Below, in pieces: positions 28,153-38,753 of a DNA stretch of 64,000 nt. Each line of letters begins with the position of its first letter. Within the stretch, counting starts at the first letter, position 1. Below the pieces are notes generated by a model. That model worked only from the letters and a program-made list of their open reading frames with translations. It searched no databases and was not told the DNA's origin. This DNA is from Dehalococcoidia bacterium (GTDB taxonomy: Bacteria; Chloroflexota; Dehalococcoidia; Lucifugimonadales; VXLM01): positions 3,628,507 to 3,692,506 of the forward strand of contig OY759598.1 of the NCBI GenBank assembly GCA_963662435.1. Reading direction: 5' to 3'. A program made the translations under genes and the position numbers.

Positions 28153-29658
28153 CTACGCCCCAGCCAGTGCCTCCGCCAGCTTGACCATCGTCCTGACCAT
28201 GACGCCTGTGCCGCCCTTCACCACGTACCCACTTGTCTTGGACGAGAACGACGTCCCGGCGATGTCGATGTGCGTCCATGCGGCGTCTCCGACGAACTCG
28301 CCGATGATGAGCGCGCCGGTGATGGAGCCTGCCGGTCTGCCACCGGTGTTCCTGATGTCGGCTATGTCGCTCTTGTACTGCTCCTTGTACTCGTCGTAGG
28401 TGGGGAGCTGCCACAGGCGTTCGCCGGCCATGTCTCCCGACGCCTTGACCTGGTCCGTAAAGCCCTGATCATTGCCGAAGAGTCCGCTGCATATGTGGCC
28501 GAGGGCTATTCTCATTGCGCCGGTCAGCGTGGCGATGTCGACGATCCTACGGATTCCCTGTGAGTGCGCATAGTACACGGCGTCGGCGAGGACGAGCCTT
28601 CCCTCGGCGTCGGTGTTGTCGATCTCGATGGTCTTGCCGCTCATTGTCGTGACGATGTCGCCGGGCCGCTGTGCGCCTCCGCCCGGCATGTTTTCGGTGG
28701 CCGCGACTATGCCCGTGACGTTGATCTTCGGCGCGACCTGCCCGATCACCTTCATGGCGGAGATAACTGCCGCGCCCCCCGCCATGTCGCCCTTCATATC
28801 GCCCATGTTCGCTGACGGCTTGATCGAGATGCCGCCGCTGTCGAACGTGATCCCCTTGCCGACGATGGCGAGGTTGTTGTCTGCGTTCTCCGGGTCACCT
28901 TCGTACTTCATGACGATCAGCTTTGGCGGCTCCTTGCTGCCCTGAGCCACGCCGAGGAAGGCCCCCATGCCCAATGCCTCCAGGTCCGCCGTGTCGAGCA
29001 CCTCGATCTCGAGACCAGAGTCGTCCGCCGCCTTGAGCGCGCGTTCGGCCATACGGGACGGCGTCATGCGGTTGCCCGGCTCGTTGACCATGTTCCGGCA
29101 GACTGTCACCGCGTCCGCGATAACCACTCCCCGCTCGACGCCTACTTGCAGGTCCGCGAGCTTGGAGTCGTCGAACTCCACGATCTCGACCGTGTCGACC
29201 GACGACCCGCCTTCCTTCGACGACTTGAACCTGTTGAATTCGTACAGTCCCAGGACCGTCCCTTCGACGATGGCCTGCGCCGCCTCCGTGGCGTCCATGC
29301 CGCCGATGCCCGCGCCGTGAGCAATGGTCGAGAACGCCGACACTCCAATGCTCCTGAGACGGCGCGCAGTCTCACCCGAAACGGAGCGGACTACCTCGGC
29401 GTCGAAGTCAGACGCCTTGCCAAGTCCGGCAACGACAACCCTCGCGGGAGCGATCTTCCCCAGCGTGTGAATGATCGATATCTCACCTCGCTTGCCCTTT
29501 ATCTCACCGTCAGCGATGAGCCCGGTGATAGCTCCGTCCATTGCCTCGTCTACGGCGCCGGTCGCGCCTCCGGGACGGGATATTCCCTCGAACAGGTTCA
29601 CGACAATTGCGTCGGTATCCCGACCACTGATGTCTCCGGCGGTTACCTCGAACTTCAT
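28153..29658 (-). CDS. pepA: Leucyl aminopeptidase (M17)
   Basis: VGKGITFDSGG, MKGDMAG, NTDAEGRLVLAD, DIATLTGA; AGGAG RBS before ATG 29658. Confidence 0.95.
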   Translation of the reverse strand: MKFEVTAGDISGRDTDAIVVNLFEGISRPGGATGAVDEAMDGAITGLIADGEIKGKRGEISIIHTLGKIAPARVVVAGLGKASDFDAEVVRSVSGETARRLRSIGVSAFSTIAHGAGIGGMDATEAAQAIVEGTVLGLYEFNRFKSSKEGGSSVDTVEIVEFDDSKLADLQVGVERGVVIADAVTVCRNMVNEPGNRMTPSRMAERALKAADDSGLEIEVLDTADLEALGMGAFLGVAQGSKEPPKLIVMKYEGDPENADNNLAIVGKGITFDSGGISIKPSANMGDMKGDMAGGAAVISAMKVIGQVAPKINVTGIVAATENMPGGGAQRPGDIVTTMSGKTIEIDNTDAEGRLVLADAVYYAHSQGIRRIVDIATLTGAMRIALGHICSGLFGNDQGFTDQVKASGDMAGERLWQLPTYDEYKEQYKSDIADIRNTGGRPAGSITGALIIGEFVGDAAWTHIDIAGTSFSSKTSGYVVKGGTGVMVRTMVKLAEALAGA

Positions 29659-29750
29659 GCCTACGCTCCTCATTTTTCAGTAACTGAGAATTGCTCGAAA
29701 CGATTATAAGGGAGTCTCTCCACGATGTGTCCCCTTCCTCAGAAAATAAC

Positions 29751-29788
29751 CTCCCGTAGGGGCGATTCGCGAATCGCCCCTACGGGAG
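29751..29788. repeat. Perfect 38-bp palindrome, REP-like GTAGGGGCG family
   Basis: CTCCCGTAGGGGCGATTCGCGAATCGCCCCTACGGGAG; relatives at ~236, 44245, 49377. Confidence 0.85.
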
Positions 29789-29895
29789 CAGATCTCCCCA
29801 ACGCAATTCTCTCTGCTTTTTCTTTCCACGGTCTCTGCGGTGAATCCCCTCCCTTTGCTATAATTCTCAGCAGGCAGCCATCAGAAGGAGGCGAA

Positions 29896-31182
29896 ATGCA
29901 GCGCTCACAAAGCCAGCGGGAGACCGAGCTTCTCGGCAAGGCCGCGCAGTTAATGCCAGGCGGCAGCAACGGCAACACGATCCACATGAACGTCGTCATC
30001 GAACGCGGCGAGGGATCCAAGGTGTGGGACGTCAGCGGCAACGAGTATGTCGACTACGCCCTGGGGTCCGGGCCCATGTTCATCGGCCACGCCCATCCGA
30101 AGGTCGTCGAGGCGCTGCGCGAGCGGGTGGGCAAGAGCTTCACCTTCTTCAGCCTTAGCGAGGAGGGCATTCTCCTTGCCGAGGAGATCTGCCGGGCCAT
30201 CCCGGCGGCGGAGCAGGTACGCTTTTCCAGCGGCGGCACGGAGGCGACGCTGATGGCCATGCGCGCGGCACGCGCCTATCGCGGACGCGACAAGATCCTG
30301 AAGTTTGAGGGCGGATACCACGGCATGAACGAGTACGCCCTCATGAGTCTCGCTCCCTCCAAGCTCATCGACTTCCCCCGGCCTGTGCCGGACTCGGCAG
30401 GCATCCCTCGCTCTATCCAGGAAGAGGTGCTCGTTGCGCCCTTCAACGACCTCGAGACGACGACCGCCATTATCGAGAAGTACCACGACGAGATCGGCGG
30501 TGTCATAGTCGAGGCCTTCCAGCGCGTCATTTCGCCGCAGCCCGGATTCCTCGAGGGACTCCGGGACATCACGAACCAATATGGCATTCCCTTGATCTTC
30601 GACGAGATCGTGACGGGATTCCGCTTCTCCTACGGCGGCGCGCAGCAGCACTACGGCGTGACCCCCGACCTCTGCTCCCTCGGCAAGATCGTAGGAGGCG
30701 GCCTTCCGCTCTCGGCGGTCGCGGGAAAGGGCGAGATCATGCAGGTCTTCGACTCCGCCCACGCCGACGAGACAGGTCCGATGCCGCAGGTCGGGACCCT
30801 GAACGGCAACCCCGTTGCGTCCATAGCGGGACTCGCCACGCTTGAGGTGTTGCGCGAGCCGGGCATCTACCAGGAGACCTTCGCGCGCGGAAGGCGGCTC
30901 CGCGAGGGGTTCCAGGATGCCCTGGACCAGGCGGAGATACCGGCCCAGGTGATTGGACACGACACCGTCTTCGACATCTACTTCACCGACGACGACAAGC
31001 CCATCGCCGACTACCGCGACACCGCGAAGGCCGACAAGGCGAGGATGATGAAGCTCAACGACCTGCTCCTCGAACGCGGCGTCTTCAAGGGCGACACCAA
31101 GTACTACGTCTCGACCGCCCACACCGACGACGACATCGACACCACCCTCGACAGGTTCCGCTCGGCTGTCGATAAGCTCTAG
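29896..31182 (+). CDS. Class III PLP aminotransferase (glutamate-1-semialdehyde aminomutase-like)
   Basis: GSKVWDVSGNEYVD, SGGTEA, KFEGGYHG, LIFDEIVTGFR, LGKIVGGG; AGGAGG RBS. Confidence 0.88.
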   Translation: MQRSQSQRETELLGKAAQLMPGGSNGNTIHMNVVIERGEGSKVWDVSGNEYVDYALGSGPMFIGHAHPKVVEALRERVGKSFTFFSLSEEGILLAEEICRAIPAAEQVRFSSGGTEATLMAMRAARAYRGRDKILKFEGGYHGMNEYALMSLAPSKLIDFPRPVPDSAGIPRSIQEEVLVAPFNDLETTTAIIEKYHDEIGGVIVEAFQRVISPQPGFLEGLRDITNQYGIPLIFDEIVTGFRFSYGGAQQHYGVTPDLCSLGKIVGGGLPLSAVAGKGEIMQVFDSAHADETGPMPQVGTLNGNPVASIAGLATLEVLREPGIYQETFARGRRLREGFQDALDQAEIPAQVIGHDTVFDIYFTDDDKPIADYRDTAKADKARMMKLNDLLLERGVFKGDTKYYVSTAHTDDDIDTTLDRFRSAVDKL

Positions 31183-31207
31183 GCTCCGGCACCTGACCTC
31201 TGACAAA

Positions 31208-31243
31208 CCCCTCTCCCGTTGTGGGAGAGGGCTAGGGTGAGGG
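31208..31243. repeat. REP-like CCCTCTCCC..GGGAGAGGG..AGGGTGAGGG element
   Basis: Uninterrupted copy of the family also seen at 1690 and 50323. Confidence 0.7.
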
Positions 31244-31431
31244 TGTAAGATCCCCCCCAACCCACTGTAAGTGCGGCCCTTGTGGTCGCCCTTCAAGGGC
31301 GCCGGTTATGCTGCGACCAAGTATGAGCTAGTTCCGACACCCTCTAAAGGTATTGGCATAGCCAAGGCGCTGCGTACCGCTATTCGGCCCTCTGTGGTGC
31401 TTCGACCAAAAGCGCTACAATTGTCGCCATC

Positions 31432-32106
31432 ATGTGTGGACGATACAGCCTCATAATGACCATCGGCGAGCTGCAGAATCGTTTCGAATTCGACGGTGAG
31501 CGGCTCGGGTACGCCCCCTCGTACAACATCGCCCCGACCCAGAACGTCCTAACCGTCGTGGGAGGCGAGGAGCGACGCGGAGGCTACATGCGCTGGGGAC
31601 TCATACCCTTTTGGGCGAAGGACAAGTCCATCGGCAGTCGCATGATCAACGCCCGTGCGGAGACAGTGGCTGAGAAGCCCTCATTCCACAACGCCTTCAA
31701 GCGCCGCAGGTGCCTCATCATCGCCGACGGCTTCTACGAGTGGCAGAAGGTCGGCGCGAAGAAGAGGCCCATGAGAATCGTCATGCAGAGCGGCGAGCCA
31801 TTCGCCTTCGCCGGACTCTGGGAGACGTGGCGTGACCCCGAGGGCGAGGTCATCCCCTCATGCACCATCATCACCACGTCCGCCAACGACCTCCTCAGCC
31901 CCATCCACGACCGCATGCCCGTCATCCTCCCCCGCGACGTCGAAGACTTCTGGCTCGACGACAGCGTAACCGATCCCGACGCCCTCACCAGCGTCCTCAC
32001 CCCCTACGATGACGAGCCCATGGATACCTACGAGGTCTCTACCCTTGTGAACAACGTTCGGAACAACGGCCCGGAGGTGTTGGAGCGGGTGGCGCGGCTT
32101 GAGTGA
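31432..32106 (+). CDS. SOS response-associated peptidase (SRAP/YedK/HMCES family)
   Basis: N-terminal MCGRY, YNIAP, WGLIP, INARAET, GFYEW, IHDRMPVIL. Confidence 0.95.
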   Translation: MCGRYSLIMTIGELQNRFEFDGERLGYAPSYNIAPTQNVLTVVGGEERRGGYMRWGLIPFWAKDKSIGSRMINARAETVAEKPSFHNAFKRRRCLIIADGFYEWQKVGAKKRPMRIVMQSGEPFAFAGLWETWRDPEGEVIPSCTIITTSANDLLSPIHDRMPVILPRDVEDFWLDDSVTDPDALTSVLTPYDDEPMDTYEVSTLVNNVRNNGPEVLERVARLE

Positions 32107-32109
32107 GAT

Positions 32110-32667
32110 TCACTCCCTATCCCTGTCAAATTCCTCGACCAGCTTGCTCAAGAGATTCCCCTCCGCACCGGGAAATAGCTGCTCCAAGTCCTGAACCCTA
32201 GCCGCACTCAGAGCTCCAACACGCTCCCGTACACGCCTTCCCGCTTCCAAAGGCCCGCCTGGAATCGTGGCAACAAGTTCTAGGGCATACAGGTATGACT
32301 TCATTGATGTTTGGATGCTGATGCCGTACACCGGCTGAATAATCAGAGAGAATGCCGCAGCCACGCCCTCTTCGAGATTGTTCGCATTTCCGGGGATCGG
32401 GTTGAGTAGATGAACGGTCTCATGGGCCATTTCGAAGACTGCCTCAGGCCAAGAGCATGCGGCCCGGTGAGTAACCTCTACGAAGGCTCCGTCAAAGTTG
32501 GGAGTATTTGTTATGTGCGGGTATCCCTCTTCCGTAAATTGCGGCTGATAGATCGTCTTCGACGCGTCCCGCGGCCCTAGAGCAAACTCGGCCCTCATTA
32601 GCAATTCTTGCTGCAACGCCCACAGGCCTGCCGGATCATCGCGAGGGTCCGTTTCAGGTAGTTTCAT
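32110..32667 (-). CDS. Hypothetical HExxH-containing protein (putative zincin)
   Basis: MAHETVHLL followed by LEEGVA; more A/T-ending codons than neighbours. Confidence 0.55.
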   Translation of the reverse strand: MKLPETDPRDDPAGLWALQQELLMRAEFALGPRDASKTIYQPQFTEEGYPHITNTPNFDGAFVEVTHRAACSWPEAVFEMAHETVHLLNPIPGNANNLEEGVAAAFSLIIQPVYGISIQTSMKSYLYALELVATIPGGPLEAGRRVRERVGALSAARVQDLEQLFPGAEGNLLSKLVEEFDRDRE

Positions 32668-33577
32668 CTAAGAATCTTGACCCTTTCTCCCCAAACAACA
32701 CCCGCTCCGCCGTCCTGTACAAAATCAACTCCCGGTCCCCATCGCTCAGAAAATCCGCGTGCTCCAGAATCAAGTCCACCGTCGCTGCGTAGACCGCGTC
32801 CGGGTCGGACATTGGCACGGGGCCGCCCACGTCAGTCTCCCACATGCAGCGTTCGGGGCCGAAGGCGGCGATGACGCGGCGAAGAAGTGGGAGCAGGTCG
32901 AGGAACGGCGGGGGGTGCTCGCTCAGGACGTGGAATGGTCCCAGCTTCACGATGATCTCACGATGCCGCGCAAGGTCGCACAGCATCTCGACGTGCTGCT
33001 CGTTCACGCGGCCGTCGCGAACCCGGATGCCGGCCACATGGTCGATGACGACACGCGTATCAGGGAAGCGGTTGCACATCCTGTCGATCTCCGGCAGGTC
33101 GTCGGGACTAACGAGGAAGCTCAGGACGAGCCCGTAATTCGCCGCCGTCTCGAACATCGCGTCGTAGCCGGGAGCGTCCATCCACCTCGCGCCCATTCTG
33201 AAGTCCGCACGCGCCCTTCCGCCCCTGATGCGAAACGCACGTATTCCCCGCTTTGCGAGGGCGACCATGGCCCTGTCCGGCGGCGGCAGCGCCACGTCCG
33301 ACATGGCAGGGACGATGCCCGTTCCGACGTACTGACCCGGCGCGCTGGCGATGCAGTCGATGATGTATGAGTGGTCGAGTCCGTACCATGTCGGCTGAAC
33401 GAGGTTCGCCCGCACCGTACCGTAACGTCGACCGTACCGGGCGTAGTCCTCCGGCGTCATCGACCGGTACCAGAAGTCGTCCTTGGTGAATCCAGGGGCA
33501 AGCGGGTAACTCTCGGTATCCGGCGAGTGGACGTGGACATGGGCGTCCACCAGCTTGTCACGAACGTCAATGGTCAT
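32654..33577 (-). CDS. Amidohydrolase family protein (Amidohydro_2)
   Basis: VDAHVHV, VVIDHVA, FGPERCMWETD. Confidence 0.88.
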   Translation of the reverse strand: MTIDVRDKLVDAHVHVHSPDTESYPLAPGFTKDDFWYRSMTPEDYARYGRRYGTVRANLVQPTWYGLDHSYIIDCIASAPGQYVGTGIVPAMSDVALPPPDRAMVALAKRGIRAFRIRGGRARADFRMGARWMDAPGYDAMFETAANYGLVLSFLVSPDDLPEIDRMCNRFPDTRVVIDHVAGIRVRDGRVNEQHVEMLCDLARHREIIVKLGPFHVLSEHPPPFLDLLPLLRRVIAAFGPERCMWETDVGGPVPMSDPDAVYAATVDLILEHADFLSDGDRELILYRTAERVLFGEKGSRFLDETT

Positions 33578-33604
33578 CCGCGCTCCAACTCTTCCCGCTG
33601 ATGC

Positions 33605-33847
33605 CTAGAGCAGCGTCGGCTTGCCCCGGTCGCGTGTGAACGGAGTCGCAATCGCCGCCGCCACCATGACGCCGCCGACCGCCCCAAAGTACGTGATGGC
33701 GATGCGGGGCAGGACATGAACGTCCAGCACACCGAACGCGACGTACCCTCCCACGACAAGTCCGACCGCCGTCCCCAGCCCTGCGGTATACCCGTTCAAG
33801 TTCCGGTCGATCCACGCGTTCAGGCGGCCTTCCATGGTGCCGCACAT
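33605..33847 (-). CDS. Small two-TM membrane protein (start may be the ATG at 33835)
   Basis: Two hydrophobic segments. Confidence 0.45.
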   Translation of the reverse strand: MCGTMEGRLNAWIDRNLNGYTAGLGTAVGLVVGGYVAFGVLDVHVLPRIAITYFGAVGGVMVAAAIATPFTRDRGKPTLL

Positions 33848-33930
33848 TCTACACCCTACTTTATTCGCGGTCGCCCAAGCCGGCTGTTACGGTCGCCGCC
33901 AAGCGTTGGAATAGTGGCGGTGACCAATGT

Positions 33931-33956
33931 TGGATTCCCGCCTACGCGGGAATGAC
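33931..33956. repeat. REP-like palindrome TGGATTCCCGCCTACGCGGGAATGAC
   Basis: Hairpin; inverted relative at ~49569-49593. Confidence 0.75.
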
Positions 33957-34043
33957 GATGTGTGATTTTTCTGAACTGGACGCACGCTCCCCCAGTGTGA
34001 GAAAGTACGCCCAACTCGACACAGAGAACGAAGGAGACCGCCC

Positions 34044-34463
34044 ATGTACCAGTACATATTCGACGAGTCCGAGTGGAAGAAATTCACGGATAAGAAACAG
34101 GGTCATACACTGGTAGCAGTGGACGGCAGCCACTACCGGTCCATCGACATGGGCTCTATGGAGAACCGTCTGCCCGGCTCAGAGAACTACGACCGGCTGA
34201 TGGGAGTTAACAGCTTCCACCCCGGAGGAGTCTACGAGGCCCACGAGCACCAGACCCCGATGTACTACTACGTCCTGCAGGGGACTGGTCTGATGCGCGT
34301 CGGCGACGAGGAACGCGTCATCACCAAGGGGTCCTGGGTCTATACTCCACCGGGCCTCATGCACTACACCAAGAACATCGGCGAAGGCATACTCGCCTAC
34401 CTCTTCTTCGGCGGGAACCCTTTCGACCCAAACGCTGGAATCCATGAGCCGCCGCGGGAGTAA
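34044..34463 (+). CDS. Cupin domain protein
   Basis: HEH..YYYVLQGTG..G.WVYTPPGLMH; AGGAG RBS. Confidence 0.85.
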   Translation: MYQYIFDESEWKKFTDKKQGHTLVAVDGSHYRSIDMGSMENRLPGSENYDRLMGVNSFHPGGVYEAHEHQTPMYYYVLQGTGLMRVGDEERVITKGSWVYTPPGLMHYTKNIGEGILAYLFFGGNPFDPNAGIHEPPRE

Positions 34464-34504
34464 GATAGTTTGTAAAGCGGCTGGGGCTAGCAGAACGTCC
34501 TAAG

Positions 34505-35782
34505 TCACCACAGCTTGAGGGAGTCGCTGAATAGCTGTGCGAGGTCGTCCGCTTCTGCGGGACGGGGTGAGAGCTTCGTCACGCGGTGCTGGGGAAGGGT
34601 TCCCTCAACGAGCGCGGGCACGTCGTTCTCCGTGTAGCCCACCGCGCCGAGGCCGTTGGGCAGGCCCATGTCGCGGATGAACCTTACGATCACGTCGCTG
34701 AGCACGTCTCCCGCGTCCTCCGGGCCGGCACCGGAGATCTCTGCTCCCATCAGACGCGCGGCGTGAATGTGTCTTTCCGGATTGGTCGGTCCGGTGTAGC
34801 GGAACACGGCAGGCGCGTTCAGGATCACCGACATGCCGTGGGGCACGATGGGCTCCTCGTCGGGATAGTCGTCGGGCACGAAGTCCCTCACCATGCCGGA
34901 CACGGGGTAGGACATCCCGTGGGGGAGATGACACCCGGCGTTTCCGAATCCGACCCCTGCGTACGTGGCGGCCAGCAGCATCTGTCCTCGCGCGTTGGCG
35001 TCGTCAGGGTCGTGGACGGCGCGGTGCATGTTCTCGGCCACCATCTCGATGGCCTTCAGCGCCCAAACGTCGCTGATCGGGTTGGAGCCCTGGTAGGACG
35101 GTCGCAGCCCGGGGTTCTCCGGGGCTTCCCGTTGACCGAAGGGCATGGCCGTGTAGGACTCAAGCCCGTGGCTGAGGACGTCGAATCCGCTGCACGCCGT
35201 GACCATCGAGGGCAGGTCGCGCACGTTGTCGGGATCGACGATGCCCATAATGGGCCTCAGCGACCGGTGGGATATTCCGGTCTTGGCCTTCATCTCAAGC
35301 AGGTCGAATATCGCCACGCCGGTCGTCTCGCTGCCGGTTCCGGTCGTTGTGGGAATTGCGATCAACGGGCGTACAGGCCCGGGCACGAGTTCGCCCTTTC
35401 CTATGGGGGCGTTGACGTAGGTTAGAAGATTGGCGGGGTAGGTGGAATACAGGTTGGCAGCCTTCGCCGTGTCCATGCTGGAGCCGCCGCCCACGGCAAC
35501 GAACCCGTCGAACTTGCCGTCCGTCGCGAACTCGATGGCCTGCTTGAACGATACGTCCGTAGGCTCAACGCGCACCCTGTCGTAGAGCACCGCGTCGAGG
35601 CCCTCGGACTTGAGCGAGTCCATGGTCACCGCGACGGTCTCGCTCTGCGCCATGCGCGCGTCGGTCAGGACCATCACGCGGCGAGCGCCCAACCGGTGCA
35701 TCTCGTAGCCAACCTCCCGGGTAACCCCGGGACCGTACTTGATGCTGGACGTGTCCATCGAGAACGCCGTCTCGTTCGTCAT
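34505..35782 (-). CDS. Hydroxyacid-oxoacid transhydrogenase (Fe-containing ADH family)
   Basis: GGGSSMDTAKAANLY, PTTTGTGSETT, GFDVLSHGLESYTA, RPSYQGSNPISD, GCHLPHGMSYPVSG. Confidence 0.88.
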   Translation of the reverse strand: MTNETAFSMDTSSIKYGPGVTREVGYEMHRLGARRVMVLTDARMAQSETVAVTMDSLKSEGLDAVLYDRVRVEPTDVSFKQAIEFATDGKFDGFVAVGGGSSMDTAKAANLYSTYPANLLTYVNAPIGKGELVPGPVRPLIAIPTTTGTGSETTGVAIFDLLEMKAKTGISHRSLRPIMGIVDPDNVRDLPSMVTACSGFDVLSHGLESYTAMPFGQREAPENPGLRPSYQGSNPISDVWALKAIEMVAENMHRAVHDPDDANARGQMLLAATYAGVGFGNAGCHLPHGMSYPVSGMVRDFVPDDYPDEEPIVPHGMSVILNAPAVFRYTGPTNPERHIHAARLMGAEISGAGPEDAGDVLSDVIVRFIRDMGLPNGLGAVGYTENDVPALVEGTLPQHRVTKLSPRPAEADDLAQLFSDSLKLW

Positions 35783-35823
35783 GGCGCTTCTGCCTCGTTC
35801 CGGTGGTGTTGGGGGTGGGTGCG

Positions 35824-36063
35824 CTAGGTGGCTACGACGGCCAGGCACGTTTGTGTACGAAGAACACCGTCGATGGTGTGGATTTCACCGGTCACGAGGG
35901 AGGCGACTGCGCTCACGTCCTGCGCATTGACAATGGCAATAATGTCAAAGGTCCCCATGACCACGTCAACGGTCTTAACTCCCTCGAGGCTGAGGATCTG
36001 ATCGGCCACCATTTTGGCCTTGCCCACTGCCACCTCGATCAACACATACGCTTTCGTTCCCAT
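35824..36063 (-). CDS. Stand-alone Lrp/AsnC ligand-binding domain protein
   Basis: KAYVLIEVAVGK..VMGTFDIIAIV..IDGVLRTQT. Confidence 0.85.
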   Translation of the reverse strand: MGTKAYVLIEVAVGKAKMVADQILSLEGVKTVDVVMGTFDIIAIVNAQDVSAVASLVTGEIHTIDGVLRTQTCLAVVAT

Positions 36064-36127
36064 CAATGCCTCCTTGGGCTCTCTCGACCGTCCTCACCAC
36101 GTCGGCGAACGGCGTTGGAGTTCACAG

Positions 36128-36156
36128 ATTCTATTCTGGACGTTTGAGGGTGTCAA
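36128..36156 (-). promoter_or_regulatory. sigma70 promoter
   Basis: TTGACA-N17-TAGAAT. Confidence 0.65.
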
Positions 36157-36191
36157 CGTGGGGGCGGGGTGATAAGGGCGTGACGCAGGCG

Positions 36192-36647
36192 CTAGTCGGC
36201 CCTCCATACGTCCCTGATCCACTCGCCGTTTTCGATGACGCTGAACGCGGCGCTTTGTATGTCAATTGAAAACAGGTGATACTCCGGTTCCTCCGGCCGC
36301 CATCCAATCCTCTTGTAGACCTCGTTGGCGTAGCGCTCACGCAAGGTGACGTCACCGATGTCGGCCGCGCGTCCGTAGAGCTTGAATTCGCCTTCGGTGC
36401 CATCGCGATTCGAGACGATGCTATGGACGGTGCAACGCGGGTCGCGCAGGAGATCCCGCGCCTTGAGGGACTGCCACATCATGCCCAGATACAGGTGGCC
36501 GTCCGTGAAATATGCCTCGACGGGAGAGATGCGAGGCCAGCCATTCTTGCGTAATGTGCCTAGCAGAATGAGGCCTGACCGTTCGATCCGCTCTTGGCCA
36601 CGCTCGGCGAGTCCGGGCGCTTTGATGGCAAATTCTTCCCACATCAT
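36192..36647 (-). CDS. Pyridoxamine 5'-phosphate oxidase-like (split barrel) protein
   Basis: LGTLRKNGWPRISPVE, KARDLLRDPRCTVH. Confidence 0.85.
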   Translation of the reverse strand: MMWEEFAIKAPGLAERGQERIERSGLILLGTLRKNGWPRISPVEAYFTDGHLYLGMMWQSLKARDLLRDPRCTVHSIVSNRDGTEGEFKLYGRAADIGDVTLRERYANEVYKRIGWRPEEPEYHLFSIDIQSAAFSVIENGEWIRDVWRAD

Positions 36648-36705
36648 CTGTTAGCGGCCTCAGAGCATATGTCACTCCGTAGCGCCACCCGGTTCGCCAA
36701 CTGCC

Positions 36706-37455
36706 TCAAATGATCTGCGATAGGAAGAGCTTGGTGCGGTCCTGCTGGGGGTTGTTGAAGATGTCGTTCGGGGTGCCCTCTTCGACGATGACGCCCTCGT
36801 CGAACATGATCATACGGTTGGACACCTCGCGGGCGAACCCCATCTCGTGAGTGACAACGATCATCGTCATGCCGGAGTCCGCAAGCTCGCGCATGGCGTC
36901 GAGCACCTCTTTGATCATCTCCGGGTCGAGCGCAGATGTCGGCTCGTCGAAGAGCATGATCTTCGGCTGCATGGCCAGGGCGCGGGCTATGGCCACGCGC
37001 TGCTGCTGACCGCCCGACAGCTCGCCGGGGTATTTTCCCGCCTGTTCGGGGATGCCCACCCGGTCGAGCAGGCTCTTCGCCACTTCCTCCGCCTGGTCCT
37101 TGGGCCATTTGCGGACCTTCTGCGGCGCGAGCATGATGTTGTCGAGCACGGTCAGGTGTGGGAAGAGGTTGAACGACTGGAACACCATCCCCACCTCGCT
37201 CCTGATCGCCTCGATGTTCCGCACGTCGTTCGTGAGCTCGATGCCGTCGACGATGATGTCGCCTCGCTGGTGCTCCTCCAGCCGGTTGATCGTGCGGATG
37301 AAGGTCGACTTTCCGGATCCCGACGGGCCGAAGACGACCACGACCTCGCCCCTGTTTATCGTCGTGGACACGCCACGAAGCGCGTGGAACGACCCGAACC
37401 ACTTGTGCACGTCTCGACAGACGATCATCGTCTCATTCTCTTCGGTTGCAGTCAC
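36706..37455 (-). CDS. Amino acid ABC transporter ATP-binding protein (AapP/BztD-like)
   Basis: [37 protein letters not shown]. Confidence 0.95.
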   Translation of the reverse strand: MTATEENETMIVCRDVHKWFGSFHALRGVSTTINRGEVVVVFGPSGSGKSTFIRTINRLEEHQRGDIIVDGIELTNDVRNIEAIRSEVGMVFQSFNLFPHLTVLDNIMLAPQKVRKWPKDQAEEVAKSLLDRVGIPEQAGKYPGELSGGQQQRVAIARALAMQPKIMLFDEPTSALDPEMIKEVLDAMRELADSGMTMIVVTHEMGFAREVSNRMIMFDEGVIVEEGTPNDIFNNPQQDRTKLFLSQII

Positions 37456-37499
37456 AGGTCCCTCCGTGGTGTTGGGTTGTGTTCCTTACGCGCGTACAC

Positions 37500-38750
37500 C
37501 TACCGCGCTCCGACGCGCATATGGTCCTCCACGCGCCTGCTCACGTACGACATTCCGTACGTGAATATCCAGAAAACGATGGCGAGGAAGATAAACAGCT
37601 CCCGCGCGCTGGGGAGATACTCCGGGTTGCCCTGGATGAATGCCCGCCCGATCTCTATAACGTCCAGCATCCCGATGATGTATACAAGACTCGTATCCTT
37701 GAATAGTGCGATGAACTGTCCCACGATTGCCGGAATCACGTTGCGGATTGCCTGGGGAAGGGAGATCAGGAACGTGATCTGCCAGCCGGAGAGCCCCAGG
37801 GCTCTCGCCGCCTCGGCCTGGCCGGGGTGCAGCGCCTGCAGACCGCCTCGGATATTCTCCGCCATGTACGCCGAGCTAAACAGAGTGATGACGACTGCCG
37901 CCCGGAACAGCGAGTTCTGCGGGAAATTCTCCGGGAAGGCGAGGGGGACGAGCACCTGCGACATGAACAGCAGGGTGATAAGCGGTACCCCGCGGAAGAT
38001 CTCGATGAACACCACGCACAGCAGCTTGACTACGGGGAGCTGACTCCGCCGTCCCAGTGCGAGCCCGATGCCGATTGGCAGACTGAGCACGATGCCGGCC
38101 ACAGCCAGCAATATGTTCAGCATCAGTCCGCCCCAGTGAATGACCGACACCGGCTGCATGCCCGGCAGGCCTTCGAAGCCTCGCAGCAGGAATAACGTCA
38201 GCAGGAACGAGACAACGCCCACAATGGCGACGTGCTTCACCTCGCGCCATGGCGTGTAGTGCGTTATGGCCAGCCCGAGATACACCGCGGGGATGTTCGC
38301 CACGAGGAGGATTCGCACATCCATCCCCATACGCTCGAAGCTGTAGGGAATGAGGGCCATCGCCGCCGACACGAAGGCGACCACAAGGGCCACCTTCTTG
38401 GCGGTCCCACCGCCCGCGACGCCCCACGCCATCCCCAGCACCAACGTTGCCAGGAGAAGACCTACCTGCGGCCTCCAGAAGCAGTTCTGACCGGGACAGG
38501 CCGACACGGTGTTGTACTGCCCGATGATAAACTGTCCGCCGAGCGTCCCTATGACCCGCCACTCTGCGTCGCCGAGGGCCCATGTCAGGCCGTACCACAG
38601 GAACCACACGACCACCAGGACCGATGTGACCGTCATCAGCACGTTGTACCACGTGCTGAACAGGTTCACGCGCATCCAGCCAATCACGCCCACTTCGCTT
38701 CTGGGAGGCGCCATGACTGCCGCAGCGGCGGTATTTTCGTTGTCAGTCAT
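37500..38750 (-). CDS. Amino acid ABC transporter permease (AapM/BztC-like)
   Basis: GWMRVNLFSTWYN, IEIFRGVPLI, SAYMAENIRGGLQA. Confidence 0.92.
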   Translation of the reverse strand: MTDNENTAAAAVMAPPRSEVGVIGWMRVNLFSTWYNVLMTVTSVLVVVWFLWYGLTWALGDAEWRVIGTLGGQFIIGQYNTVSACPGQNCFWRPQVGLLLATLVLGMAWGVAGGGTAKKVALVVAFVSAAMALIPYSFERMGMDVRILLVANIPAVYLGLAITHYTPWREVKHVAIVGVVSFLLTLFLLRGFEGLPGMQPVSVIHWGGLMLNILLAVAGIVLSLPIGIGLALGRRSQLPVVKLLCVVFIEIFRGVPLITLLFMSQVLVPLAFPENFPQNSLFRAAVVITLFSSAYMAENIRGGLQALHPGQAEAARALGLSGWQITFLISLPQAIRNVIPAIVGQFIALFKDTSLVYIIGMLDVIEIGRAFIQGNPEYLPSARELFIFLAIVFWIFTYGMSYVSRRVEDHMRVGAR

Positions 38751-38753
38751 TCC

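Noticed and set aside
29896..31182. hemL assignment
   Set aside because: It is GSA-aminomutase-like, but there are no hem neighbours and such paralogues are common, so no symbol was given.
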